Below are positions 17,196 to 27,027 of a DNA stretch of 64,000 bases, in pieces. A model generated the notes under the pieces. That model was not told where the DNA came from. It saw only the letters and a list, made by a program, of their open reading frames with translations, and ran no database searches. The number at the start of each line of letters is the position of its first letter. Positions within the stretch are counted from its first letter, which is position 1. Origin of the DNA: a virus; IMG/VR virus record IMGVR_UViG_3300006316_000001, positions 32,001 to 96,000 of that record; one strand, 5' to 3'. Made by a program: the position numbers and the translations under genes.

Positions 17196-17273
17196 GTGCC
17201 TAAAGCTCATTAGGTATGAGCCGTCGCCTCATAAGCGAAGGGTAGATGGGTTCGAATCCCTCTAGGCGCACCA
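17196..17273 (+). tRNA. tRNA with CAU anticodon (Ile2 favoured over elongator Met)
   Basis: GTGCCTA/TAGGCGC acceptor, TCGC-CTCATAA-GCGA anticodon arm, GGG-TTCGAAT-CCC T-arm, ACCA end; C4-G69 and C5-G68 pairs as in TilS substrates; no initiator features. Confidence 0.85.
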
Positions 17274-17302
17274 CTCCAATGTTTGACTATTCAGAGGTAT
17301 CT

Positions 17303-17533
17303 ATGAAGACTATCGAACAATTGGTCAAGCATATGAAAGAAACATATGATGTGACCATCACTCCTGAAATGCAAAGCCGCATCGAAGGAATTAGAAAACC
17401 GACTAGCAAAACCGATTTTCCAGGAATCACGTTGATCGCTCCATATCGTGGCCAGTTTGGTGTACATCGTATCATCGAAAAGGATGAATGCATCTTTTCT
17501 ATATCTGATACATTTCTGACCGCAATTAAATGA
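17303..17533 (+). CDS. Hypothetical protein
   Basis: GAGGT SD before MKTIEQ; the longer ORF call overlaps the tRNA. Confidence 0.55.
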   Translation: MKTIEQLVKHMKETYDVTITPEMQSRIEGIRKPTSKTDFPGITLIAPYRGQFGVHRIIEKDECIFSISDTFLTAIK

Positions 17534-17543
17534 GGATTTAACG

Positions 17544-17957
17544 ATGTCTCTTGATCAAAAACACCCAGATTACGCAAAACATGTTCTGATCACTAAAGGT
17601 GATGGGAAAGTTACAGCTTCAAACCTTTACATTTTCACTACTCGAAAGGAACGTCGCGGGTACTTTATCTGTGATAGTGAAGGTAATCCGCTGGAACCGC
17701 AAGTGATTAACGATAAGATCTCTGAGCCTTCAGTTCCTGAGATCACTACACAACCGATGCCTGACCTTCAGACATCTGATGTTGAAATCACTACACAGGC
17801 AACTCCTGAACTTGAAGTGAAAGAACCTGAGATCGAAGTCAAAGTCGATGAATCGGCTGTACCTGAAGACCTTGTTTGCCCTCATTGTGAAGCCAAAGCT
17901 CGCACTGAATCTTCATATTTGAAGAATCATGGCGACAACTGCTCAATGAAGGTGTAA
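17544..17957 (+). CDS. Hypothetical protein with C-terminal CPHC..H.DNC zinc finger
   Basis: GAGGA SD; PE-rich linker; CPHCEAK...NHGDNC. Confidence 0.65.
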   Translation: MSLDQKHPDYAKHVLITKGDGKVTASNLYIFTTRKERRGYFICDSEGNPLEPQVINDKISEPSVPEITTQPMPDLQTSDVEITTQATPELEVKEPEIEVKVDESAVPEDLVCPHCEAKARTESSYLKNHGDNCSMKV

Positions 17958-18014
17958 GTTTGGTGTTGGGGGTAGTTTCCTCGCCCTCAGCGCCCTTTTG
18001 CCTAGGAGTGTGTT

Positions 18015-18410
18015 ATGATACCTGTTAAGTGTGTCGCTCCAGGATGTCGAACCATCGTTCGTGATCCAGGGCATAGTCGGTGCGAGCTCCACCGCAAAAA
18101 GCAAAAAGGGCATGCCAATAAGGTTCGCGCTGAACAGAGAAAAGTGCAGAACAAAGCGAAGTCCTTTATATACAATACAGCATCATGGAAACGTTTGTCT
18201 ATTAAGAAGAGAACCGTTGATCCATTTTGTGAAGAATGTCTACTCCAGAATCCGGTAATCTATAAACAGGCTGACGTGGTCGACCATATTGTCGAACTTA
18301 CTGATGGTGGTGAGCCATATCTTTGGACCAACCTCAGATCCCTCTGTCACGCTTGTCACAACCGGAAAACTGCTCAAGAAAAGAAAAAGCGAAAGCGCAA
18401 TATTGTGTAG
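18015..18410 (+). CDS. Packaging-associated HNH endonuclease (HK97 gp74-like)
   Basis: N-terminal C..PGC..RCELH, W.RL, PFCEEC, VVDHIVE..DGG, NLRSLCHACHNRKT. Confidence 0.9.
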   Translation: MIPVKCVAPGCRTIVRDPGHSRCELHRKKQKGHANKVRAEQRKVQNKAKSFIYNTASWKRLSIKKRTVDPFCEECLLQNPVIYKQADVVDHIVELTDGGEPYLWTNLRSLCHACHNRKTAQEKKKRKRNIV

Positions 18411-18461
18411 TGTCGTTCATCCCTTTGCGAACGGCACTACACAAACAATCGAGGATTTATT

Positions 18462-19346
18462 ATGTACATTAAAATAGGTATGCGTGAAATCGAACTTGAT
18501 CTTGACGCAAAATACCATGTGTATGGTGAAAACATCGATGCGCAAGCTGTTGTCGAAATGGACTTTGAGCATCTCAACTGGTTAGACCAACGTATTGTGT
18601 CGCAGAGCATCAACCTCAATCAGGAAATTTCAATACTATTCCATCCGGAAGTTGTCTCTAGCTTGGAGACTGAAATTGAGAACAGTCCTTTTTGGGAGAA
18701 AAACCGTTTCGAAGCTTTAGCCGTATTCAGACGTCTTCAACAGAAGACACCGGATGCAAAAGAAGACAAGCAGAAACGGAAGATGCTGAAGGAAGTTGAT
18801 TTGAAAGAATCCAAGTACGTTCAGAAACGCTTCAGAGTCGTGAATATGCTGGTGTCCCGAGGGTATGAACGCCCTGACGCTATGGAATATTTGACCGCAG
18901 TTATTGAACAGAAAGGTTCAGGCGTCATGAACTTGAAGCCAGCTGAGATATGTGATTTCGTTGACATATTCACTGGTGCAGTTCAAGATCCAAATGAAAC
19001 CCAGTATCATACACGTGATGATACTCGTCCTTGCACGTTGTACTATTTACAGTTCACTCACCAACAAACGGGTGAGACGTTCAAGAAAATAGGTATAACT
19101 GTGAGACCATTGGCTGAGAGATTTGTATTGGACGTTAAGACATTCGATCTTGACATTATCCATACAGTGGAACTTCCGGCTAATGAAGCAAAAGACATCG
19201 AAGCGGCTATCAAGAAAGAGTTTAAGCCATACAAGTACACCCCTGAAACCAAATTGCGTAAAGGTGGTGATACTGAATGCTTCACTGATGAACTTATTGA
19301 TGCGTCCGTCATGAAGATGATGGGCAGAAACAAAGTTTCATTGTAG
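18462..19346 (+). CDS. Protein with C-terminal GIY-YIG/T5orf172-like domain
   Basis: TLYYLQF...FKKIGIT....ERF ... EA..IE..IK ... GGDTECF. Confidence 0.7.
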   Translation: MYIKIGMREIELDLDAKYHVYGENIDAQAVVEMDFEHLNWLDQRIVSQSINLNQEISILFHPEVVSSLETEIENSPFWEKNRFEALAVFRRLQQKTPDAKEDKQKRKMLKEVDLKESKYVQKRFRVVNMLVSRGYERPDAMEYLTAVIEQKGSGVMNLKPAEICDFVDIFTGAVQDPNETQYHTRDDTRPCTLYYLQFTHQQTGETFKKIGITVRPLAERFVLDVKTFDLDIIHTVELPANEAKDIEAAIKKEFKPYKYTPETKLRKGGDTECFTDELIDASVMKMMGRNKVSL

Positions 19347-19401
19347 AATTAACAGAAGGTCATTTAGATGGCCTTTGATTAATTTTGCTAAGGATATTGT
19401 T

Positions 19402-21159
19402 ATGAATTATCTTAAGAAGGTAAAGAATTTCGATATGGAGCAATTCAACCATGGGGTTCCCGAATATAATATGACTTGGGAGTCCATGGACCAATATGCA
19501 TACAATGTCATGATGGGAATTGTTCCCGTCGGAAAACAAGTAAAGTATTGTGTGGCTCGTTATATTTATGATCGAGTTACAAGAAAAGATTTAGAATTGA
19601 GAACTCACGAAGTAGATGAGTTGTGTCAATTCGCTGGTCTGTTGAAACACGTTAAAGGTCCATTGAATGGTAAGCCTGTCGAGTTGATGAACTGGATGGT
19701 ATTCGTTCTTGGTAACATCTTCGGATGGTATCACAAAACTGGGCATAAGAAAGGTACGCGAAGATTCACCAAAGCATTCACATTAGTTGCTCGTGGTAAT
19801 GCAAAATCTTTCTTATGTTCCATTGTTGCTCTTTGGACTCAGTTGACCTCACCCAACGGTTCTCCGTCATGTTATTCAGTTGCTCGTCAACGGGATCAGG
19901 CGAGAATCGTTTTTGACGATGCGTCTAAGATGCTTAGAAATGCTGATCCTATTTTGAGGCGTTGGTTCAAACCCCACGCCCATGATATGGAGTGTATATT
20001 CCAAGATGGTATCTTTAAACCGATGTCGTCAGATTCTCAATCGTTGGATGGGCACCGTGTTGCTTTGGGTATCGCTGATGAGCTACACGCTCACCACAGT
20101 GGTGAACTCCTTAACACATTATTGTCTGGTACGACAGCTGTTAATGATCCTCTAGTATTCTCAATATCTACCGCTGGTAAACAGTTGGAAGGTGTTTGTG
20201 TTTCAGAGAGGAATGTTGTGCGCTCAATCAATGAAGGCTTCGAAAAAGAGGATTCATACTTCGGTATCGAATATGCCCTTGATGAAGATGATGATTGGGA
20301 TGACGAGAGTTGTTGGTATAAATCCAACCCATCTCTTGGACATGCTGTGAGTATTGACGATTTGCGTGGTAAGGTTGTTCGTGCTAAGAATAACGTAGTT
20401 AACCGCGTTGATTTCCAGACCAAGCACTGTAACATATTTGTGAACACCAATGATAATCCATATTTGGACATCTTGGAACTTCAAATAAAATGTGCCAGAG
20501 AAGACCAGAAACTGTCAGACTATGTCGGACGGGAATGTTTCGGTGGTCTCGATTTGGCGCAGAAAACGGATTTGACCGCTCTAGCATTATTGTTCCCTGA
20601 GAAAGATGGTTCATTGACTGCTTTCTTCCGGCACTACCTACCTGAAGGTGCGTTGGAAAAACAGACCGCAGGTCGTTATGAAGCATATCTTCAGTGGGAA
20701 GAAGAAGGACACATGATATTCACGGAAGGTTTTTCCACGGATTATGCGTTCATAGAAAAGGACATTCGTTGGGCTGCTAAGAATTTCGATCTTCAGCAAG
20801 TTGGGTTTGACCCATACGCTGGTACGCAGCTAGCACTTGGCCTTATCAAAGATAATATTGATATGGTCGAGGTTCGCCAAGGCTATGCGAGTTTGAGTGA
20901 ACCTGCCAAGTTATTCCAATCTCTAATCGTCGACGGCAAATTCAACTATCAGGATTCTGACAAAGTCTTTGAGTGGTGTGCATCAAACTCTGTTTGTAGC
21001 GCCGACCTCAACGAGAACATCAAAGTCCATAAGGCGAAAGATAAGCCTCATGACAAGGTTGACTCTATTGTTGCCTTGATTACTGGCTTGGCTCTTGCCA
21101 AGTTGAAAGAACCTAAGAAGAAATCACCATACCGTAAACGGGGTATGTTGGTTGTTTAG
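19402..21159 (+). CDS. terL: Terminase large subunit (HK97/cos-type)
   Basis: RRFTKA..VARGNAKS Walker A, IADELH Walker B, ISTAG, W.KSNPSLG, GGLDLA, FDPY, DKVDSIVA. Confidence 0.96.
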   Translation: MNYLKKVKNFDMEQFNHGVPEYNMTWESMDQYAYNVMMGIVPVGKQVKYCVARYIYDRVTRKDLELRTHEVDELCQFAGLLKHVKGPLNGKPVELMNWMVFVLGNIFGWYHKTGHKKGTRRFTKAFTLVARGNAKSFLCSIVALWTQLTSPNGSPSCYSVARQRDQARIVFDDASKMLRNADPILRRWFKPHAHDMECIFQDGIFKPMSSDSQSLDGHRVALGIADELHAHHSGELLNTLLSGTTAVNDPLVFSISTAGKQLEGVCVSERNVVRSINEGFEKEDSYFGIEYALDEDDDWDDESCWYKSNPSLGHAVSIDDLRGKVVRAKNNVVNRVDFQTKHCNIFVNTNDNPYLDILELQIKCAREDQKLSDYVGRECFGGLDLAQKTDLTALALLFPEKDGSLTAFFRHYLPEGALEKQTAGRYEAYLQWEEEGHMIFTEGFSTDYAFIEKDIRWAAKNFDLQQVGFDPYAGTQLALGLIKDNIDMVEVRQGYASLSEPAKLFQSLIVDGKFNYQDSDKVFEWCASNSVCSADLNENIKVHKAKDKPHDKVDSIVALITGLALAKLKEPKKKSPYRKRGMLVV

Positions 21160-21183
21160 GTATAAAAATGTCGGGAGACCACA

Positions 21184-22524
21184 ATGAATTTTATTTCTAA
21201 AATAAAGGGTGCATTAAGTGGTACATCAACTCCAGTCAAGCCTTATGTTCCAGAAATGAAACAGAAGGCGAATCCGTACAGTGATAATTCATTTTTCGGC
21301 AGCTTAGGTGTTAAATCATCATACGCTGGCGTTGACGTCAATTATACGAGCGCAATGAGACACAATGATGTTTACACATGTGTTCGTATAAAGGCTGAAT
21401 CATTAGGACAACTTCCTATTCAGCTATACCGTCACAACGCAGATCGAAAAACGAGAATTACATCAGGACGTGAATACAAGATATTCACGCAGAAACCTAA
21501 CGCATATCAGACATGGCAAGATTTCATTGAGCAATACGTTGCATCATTAGAAATCCAAGGCAACTTTTATGCTGAGATTAAGCGAAATACATACGGAAAC
21601 GTGTATGAGATTGTACCATTCAGATACCAGAACAACGTGAGCGTTGAGATGGATTCTTATGGTCGTGTGTACTACACATACTCAACTAACGATGGCAAAG
21701 GGCGAGTCGAAAAGAAGACATACGCTCCTTCATCAATACTACACGTTAAATTGTTCACCACAGATGGCTATCGAGGATTATCCCCGATAACTCAATGTGC
21801 GAGAGCAGTGGGTGTCGCAATCGCAAGTGAAACCACCGCAGCTACAATGTTCGAAAAAGGAGCAAAGCCTGCAGGTGTGTTACAAACAGACGAAGTGTTC
21901 GATGATGACGATGATTCTATAAACCGTCTTCGCGACCAATGGCAAGAATTATATGGTGGACCTGATAACTCGGGTAAGATCGCCATCCTTGAATCAGGTT
22001 TGAAATTCCAATCTGTTTCATTGTCTGCTGTTGATTCACAACTTCTGGAACAACGTAAATTCACTCGTGAACAAATCTCATCAATCTTCAGAGTTCCATT
22101 ACACATGCTTCAAGCAGCTTCCGGTATGAAATATGCCTCGGTTGAGGGTAACAATAAATCTTTCTATAAAGATGCGTTGATGCCTTTGGCTATTAAGTTG
22201 CAGAATGCGATTAATGAAATTCTACCAGAGAACCATACCATTAAAATGGACGAGAAAGAATTCGTCCGTGGCGACCGTGAGTCGCATGTTAAGACAGTCA
22301 AGGAAGAATTGACTGCTGGGTTTATCTCTATCAATGAAGGTCGAATCGAATTAGGTTATCAGCCAGTCGAAGGTGGCGATGTATTTGCTGTACAGACGAA
22401 TAACTTGACGTTCGGGCGTTATGATGAACTACCATCAGTTGAGGAACAGATGAAATCTAAGAATCCATCCAGTCCTGAGCCTAAACCTGATGCCCCTCCG
22501 AAGGAGAGTAACAATGGCACGTAA
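21184..22524 (+). CDS. Portal protein (HK97 family)
   Basis: VYTCVRIKAESLGQLP, PNAYQT, GNFY, GLSPI, ILESGLKF, IFRVP, SINEGR. Confidence 0.95.
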   Translation: MNFISKIKGALSGTSTPVKPYVPEMKQKANPYSDNSFFGSLGVKSSYAGVDVNYTSAMRHNDVYTCVRIKAESLGQLPIQLYRHNADRKTRITSGREYKIFTQKPNAYQTWQDFIEQYVASLEIQGNFYAEIKRNTYGNVYEIVPFRYQNNVSVEMDSYGRVYYTYSTNDGKGRVEKKTYAPSSILHVKLFTTDGYRGLSPITQCARAVGVAIASETTAATMFEKGAKPAGVLQTDEVFDDDDDSINRLRDQWQELYGGPDNSGKIAILESGLKFQSVSLSAVDSQLLEQRKFTREQISSIFRVPLHMLQAASGMKYASVEGNNKSFYKDALMPLAIKLQNAINEILPENHTIKMDEKEFVRGDRESHVKTVKEELTAGFISINEGRIELGYQPVEGGDVFAVQTNNLTFGRYDELPSVEEQMKSKNPSSPEPKPDAPPKESNNGT

Positions 22525-23671
22525 AATGCAAACAAAAGGTTTTGACCAAAAGATTATCATCAAGTCCAAGGATGACGCACCGGAAGGTACATTCGTGGCA
22601 TATGGTAATGTGTTTGGCGTGAAAGATAACGCTGGTGACATCACAGTCAAAGGCTGTTTCTCAAACACAATTAAAAAGCATAAGTCTGAAGGCACAATGC
22701 CTCGCTTATTGGCGCAACACGGACATCGTATGATGCCTATTGGTATCATAACTGATATGATTGAAGACGAAAAAGGTCTTCGCTTTGAAGGTCAATTCTG
22801 CCTTGAGACGCAAGCTGGCTCTGAAGCCCACGCTCTTTGTAAGATGGGCGCAATCGATCAGTTTAGTATCGGTTACGTGACACTTGATCAAGAGATGACA
22901 ACTAAAGGTAATCTGTTAAAAGAACTTGACGTTGCTGAAATTTCTCTTGTGACTTTCGCTTGTAATGAACATTCAACATTAGTGGACGTTAAGTCAGCAG
23001 TGGAGAATGAAGAATTGACCCCGCGCCTTCTTCAGAAAGCGATCCGCGATGCATTCGGTCTTTCTAAACGTCAGTCTGAAGCAGCTATTAATGCGATAAA
23101 AGCGACTGAGCGTGAAGAAGTTGAAGAAGAATCCACCGAAGTTAAAGAACTTGGGTTGGACGAAGCGTTCCGCGTCAAAATGTCAGAAGCTCCGGAACTT
23201 ACTAAGTTCTCCGACGGACTTGAAGTCAAGTCCCTTGGCGATAAGTCTTTCCAACAGGTTCTTTCTGGAATCAAATCAGCTCTGGTTGAACCAATCGGTC
23301 ACTGGGATTTCTATCTTGATGATGTATTTGAATCTAAAGGATATGTCGAATTCTGTGACTACCGCGCTCGCAAGTACAAGCATGCTGAGTTCGAATGGAT
23401 GATGGACGACATGGGCGAAGTTCAAGTGACTTCCTTCAAGACTGGCACCAAAGAATACGGCACAACATTTGTTGTTGATGCTGAAGATGGCGTTAAAAAT
23501 AACGTTGACGACATCGAATCTAAACACGAAGATGAAGAAACTGTTGAATCATTAGCAGCGAAACTTCTTGGTGTTGATTTCGAGACCAAAGAAGAATCGG
23601 ATGTTGAAAATAACACAAAAGCCGATGATATTGATCTCGAAACTATTGATCTAACTGAATTGCTCAAGTAA
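22514..23671 (+). CDS. Prohead maturation protease (HK97 family) with long acidic C-terminal extension
   Basis: GTFVAYGNVFGVKD, LLAQH, PIG, EDEKGL, FSIGY, EISLVTFACN; AGGAG SD. Confidence 0.92.
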   Translation: MARKMQTKGFDQKIIIKSKDDAPEGTFVAYGNVFGVKDNAGDITVKGCFSNTIKKHKSEGTMPRLLAQHGHRMMPIGIITDMIEDEKGLRFEGQFCLETQAGSEAHALCKMGAIDQFSIGYVTLDQEMTTKGNLLKELDVAEISLVTFACNEHSTLVDVKSAVENEELTPRLLQKAIRDAFGLSKRQSEAAINAIKATEREEVEEESTEVKELGLDEAFRVKMSEAPELTKFSDGLEVKSLGDKSFQQVLSGIKSALVEPIGHWDFYLDDVFESKGYVEFCDYRARKYKHAEFEWMMDDMGEVQVTSFKTGTKEYGTTFVVDAEDGVKNNVDDIESKHEDEETVESLAAKLLGVDFETKEESDVENNTKADDIDLETIDLTELLK

Positions 23672-23772
23672 GTGGGGGAACCACTTAATTGACGGATGAC
23701 TCTTTGTGGTGGTCCACATAGATAAATCCAAACACATCTTTTATTATAATCCCTCATTTAAGGATACATACA

Positions 23773-25026
23773 ATGTCTGCTATTGAACAAATCAAAGAAG
23801 CTCAAACACTAGCTGTTAAAGAAGCAACGGCTCCACTGAACGAAAAACTAGACCAACAAGAACTTGTCATCAAAGAACAAGGTGAACTGATCACATCACA
23901 AACTGAGCTTCTTGAAGAAGTTAAGCAAACTGTTGCTGATCTTGAATCTAAGCACTCTGATCTGGTTCCTGCTTCTGTGGAAGTGTCTGAAGTTAAATTC
24001 GACCGCAAAGTGCTGAACCAAAAGCTACGTGATCTATTCACTGGCGATAAAGGTGTTGACCTTGCGAATGTTGACACTAAAGCTCTTGCTGTTGGTGGTA
24101 CTGGCGGTGAAGCCCTAGCTATCGATGAAGAACTAGGTCGTCGCGTTATCGAGCGTTCTCGTGAAAACGTTGCAATCCTTGGTCTAATCGGTTCTAAGTC
24201 TGTAAGTTCTGTTAACTATCGTGAGATGGTTCTTCGTAACTATCCTGGTACTGCTAAAGGTATCGAGAACGTTGCTGGTACTGACTGGAATGCGACAGCG
24301 ACACAGACTTACGAACAGGTTGTGATGCAAGTTGCTAAGCAATACGCGAAGCCACAAATCACACACGAAGCTGCACGTGACCCACACATCGACCTAATGG
24401 CGCATCTTGAAACACTACTAGCTGAAGAAATGTCTCGTTACTGGGCTCTTCAAGTTCTATTCGGTGATGGTCGCCCTGATAACCTTCGCGGTATCCTATC
24501 AAGCAAACGCGCATCACTTGGTGCTGGCTCAGAATCTCGTAAAGATGCTGCTGAGCGTGACTTCGACTTCTACAAAGTTGTACCATCAACTGAAGCCGCT
24601 AAACTTGGTTCTGATCATGAAGAGATCATCGACAACATGATTGATCTGACTATCGAAGTTCCAACTCAGTACCTATCTAATTCATCTTACACGATGAACC
24701 GTCGTACTCTGGGTGTTCTTCGTAAGATCAAACAATCTACGGATGGTACTGATCTTCGTCCTCTGATCCAATTCGAAGCTGGTAACTTTACTCTTGTTGG
24801 CTATGGTGTTAACATCGAAGACTACATGCCTGATGTTGCGACTGACTCAATGCCGATCATCTTTGGTGATCTTTCTCGCGCATTCGTTCTTATCGACATC
24901 GATGACGAGTACCTAGTTGACCCATACACCACAGATGGTGTTGTTACGCTGAAGTCTACTTCTCGTAAAGGTGAAATTGTTCAGAACAACGATGCTATCG
25001 TTATTCTGTCGTGTGAAGCAGCATAA
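23773..25026 (+). CDS. Major capsid protein (HK97 fold, coiled-coil delta domain)
   Basis: Position after protease, N-terminal coiled coil, GDG.P..GIL, MNR.T, IIFGDL, DPYT; highly expressed codon usage. Confidence 0.95.
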   Translation: MSAIEQIKEAQTLAVKEATAPLNEKLDQQELVIKEQGELITSQTELLEEVKQTVADLESKHSDLVPASVEVSEVKFDRKVLNQKLRDLFTGDKGVDLANVDTKALAVGGTGGEALAIDEELGRRVIERSRENVAILGLIGSKSVSSVNYREMVLRNYPGTAKGIENVAGTDWNATATQTYEQVVMQVAKQYAKPQITHEAARDPHIDLMAHLETLLAEEMSRYWALQVLFGDGRPDNLRGILSSKRASLGAGSESRKDAAERDFDFYKVVPSTEAAKLGSDHEEIIDNMIDLTIEVPTQYLSNSSYTMNRRTLGVLRKIKQSTDGTDLRPLIQFEAGNFTLVGYGVNIEDYMPDVATDSMPIIFGDLSRAFVLIDIDDEYLVDPYTTDGVVTLKSTSRKGEIVQNNDAIVILSCEAA

Positions 25027-25047
25027 TCTCACTTCATAGTGAAACAC

Positions 25048-25070
25048 GGGAGACCTCGGTCTCCCATTTT
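25048..25070 (+). terminator. Terminator after MCP
   Basis: GGGAGAC-CTCG-GTCTCCC-ATTTTT. Confidence 0.8.
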
Positions 25071-25096
25071 TAATCTAACATTCTCGGAGAATGAAA

Positions 25097-25426
25097 ATGT
25101 CTAAAACATATGAAGGTACAAATCCGGCTGTCGATCACACGAACGCGGCAACGGTTCCGGCTGGTGTTACTATAGCAGAAAACATTGACTTTGACGGTCA
25201 AGCTCGCGGCATTGATGAAATTGCTGTGCAACTTGACGCCATTTTCGATCATGCTGTAGCTGGCACTATGACAGTCGAACACAAAGCTCAATACGCTAAT
25301 CTGATGCGTCAACTTGGTACAGTTCTACAGAACACTTCAATTGAAGGTTTACGTGGCAAAGCGACTGGCGCGACTCCAGCAGCAGGTTCACTATCCGAAT
25401 CTCTTGCTGTGATCTTTGCTCTGTAA
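25097..25426 (+). CDS. Putative head-associated/decoration protein
   Basis: Directly after MCP, GGAG SD, MCP-like codon bias, own terminator. Confidence 0.5.
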   Translation: MSKTYEGTNPAVDHTNAATVPAGVTIAENIDFDGQARGIDEIAVQLDAIFDHAVAGTMTVEHKAQYANLMRQLGTVLQNTSIEGLRGKATGATPAAGSLSESLAVIFAL

Positions 25427-25451
25427 TTGAGTTTCCTGATTACAAAAAATG

Positions 25452-25489
25452 AAGCCCACTGGTCGCTTAGAGCACTAGTGGGCTTTTTT
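25452..25489 (+). terminator. Rho-independent terminator
   Basis: AAGCCCACT..../AGTGGGCTTTTTT. Confidence 0.8.
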
Positions 25490-25504
25490 GTTTAGGGGGT
25501 TCTG

Positions 25505-26066
25505 ATGAGAACAAAAATAATTTCTGTGGATATGTCGGAAGACATAGTAGGCACAGATGAAGCTATGCAGTCATTCTCGAATTGAGGATGACTACGACAT
25601 TGAGCTTGTTCAAATCCAAGTTGCTGCTGCGACTGATCTGGTTTCAAAATGGTTGAATCGGAAGTTGTTCCCTACTGATATGGTGGGTTCTATACCAACA
25701 TACCGCAAGAAGATTAATCTTCCTTATCCTCCAATACATTCCGTTTCGAAGGTCACTATTGAGGATGACGATGGGAATGAGATGACACTCACAGAAGGCG
25801 TTGATTATGTATTCGACGACATCAGTGAACAAGTTATTTTCCGAGTGATTCCCCCACAGAATACCCGCAATAACGTCAAGGTGCATTTCTCATGCGGCTA
25901 CCAAACCGCTGAAGAAGTTCCTCAAGCTATTAGGCATGCTATCAAACAGACATTCGCCACATTGTACGAGAATCGTGAAGATACCGTTATTGGTGCGTCT
26001 GTGAATGAAGTGCCACTCAAGACTCAACGTCTGATTGGTGCGTATCGTATTAAGGCGATCTCATAA
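25505..26066 (+). CDS. Head-tail connector (gp6/phiE125 gp8-like) with an apparent +1 frameshift near 25568-25571
   Basis: C-terminal VPQAIRHAI....ATLYENRE; N-terminal IVGTDEAM lies in a different frame starting at SD-preceded ATG 25505. Confidence 0.75.
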
Positions 26067-26398
26067 TGGCTGTTCGTGCAGGGAGACTGCGCCATAGATT
26101 AGAATTGTGGAAGTTGGCTGGGACAAAAGATAAGTTCGGCTCAATCACCAATGAGAAGGTGCGGGTTGGTACATATTGGTGTAACATTGAAAACACCAAG
26201 AATGAGACTGTTGGGACTGACGTAAGGCAGAACCAGAATAGTATCTCATTCATAACCAGATACAATCGAACATTGGAAACTCCGGACAATAACATGTACG
26301 TGGTATTCAAGGGCGTTGAGTATGACATTAATAGTGTCCTCAATCCAAGATTCTTGAATGAGCGTTTGGTTATAGAATGTGTAGCTAGAGGTAACTGA
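26066..26398 (+). CDS. Head-tail adaptor / head closure protein (SPP1 gp16-like)
   Basis: AGRLRHRLEL, D.FG, RY, YDINSV. Confidence 0.85.
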   Translation: MAVRAGRLRHRLELWKLAGTKDKFGSITNEKVRVGTYWCNIENTKNETVGTDVRQNQNSISFITRYNRTLETPDNNMYVVFKGVEYDINSVLNPRFLNERLVIECVARGN

Positions 26399-26399
26399 T

Positions 26400-27023
26400 A
26401 TGCCTTTTGAAGTCACGACGTCAGCGATTGGAATCAAAGATACGAACAAAGCCCTAGAGAACATGGCTGATGAACGCGGAAAGAAATGGAAGCGTGATGC
26501 ATTCATGAAATCAGGTTTCGAATCATTCCAACACGCAGTTCGAAAATCGCGCGCTAATGCCCCTGTTGGTGAAACTGGCCTCACTAAGAGAAGCATCACA
26601 TCAACGCGTGGGTATTATAACAAAAGAATTCGAACAACATCTTCTGGAAAGATAACCAAGCGCACAAGGAATGAATATTCAATTTCCACAACCCTTAAGA
26701 ATTCTTTTAATGCGAAAGCGCCTAAGAATCGAAAGGGGCAAGCGGTCAGATATCCATTCATGAATGAAGTTGGCGTTCCGGCTCAAACGTATACCCGTAT
26801 ATCCAAAAACGGAATGCTTCATTCAGTTACCCGAAAAGCTTCCCGAAACCCTTTGTTATTTCAACATAGGGCGTTGGGCACAACAGCAAATAAAGTAGTT
26901 AGTACTTGGAATCGAAAGTTCTCATTCTACCTAGATTTATATGCAAAATCGACCTATGCTACTTTGAGGGGTGCACACAGTGCATTCATTCGAACTGGTG
27001 GTGTTGGTTCTAAATGGAAATAG
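26400..27023 (+). CDS. HK97 gp10-like tail completion protein
   Basis: Basic protein with ANAPV..TGLT..SI and YPFMNEVG; syntenic position. Confidence 0.7.
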   Translation: MPFEVTTSAIGIKDTNKALENMADERGKKWKRDAFMKSGFESFQHAVRKSRANAPVGETGLTKRSITSTRGYYNKRIRTTSSGKITKRTRNEYSISTTLKNSFNAKAPKNRKGQAVRYPFMNEVGVPAQTYTRISKNGMLHSVTRKASRNPLLFQHRALGTTANKVVSTWNRKFSFYLDLYAKSTYATLRGAHSAFIRTGGVGSKWK

Positions 27024-27027
27024 ACAT

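Noticed and set aside
16889-17203. 104-aa protein-coding ORF
   Set aside because: No clear SD, atypical composition, overlaps the tRNA 5' end; the region is better explained as structured RNA
19402-21159. Intron or intein in terL (also checked in the ligase)
   Set aside because: Continuous ORFs of normal length with no splicing motifs
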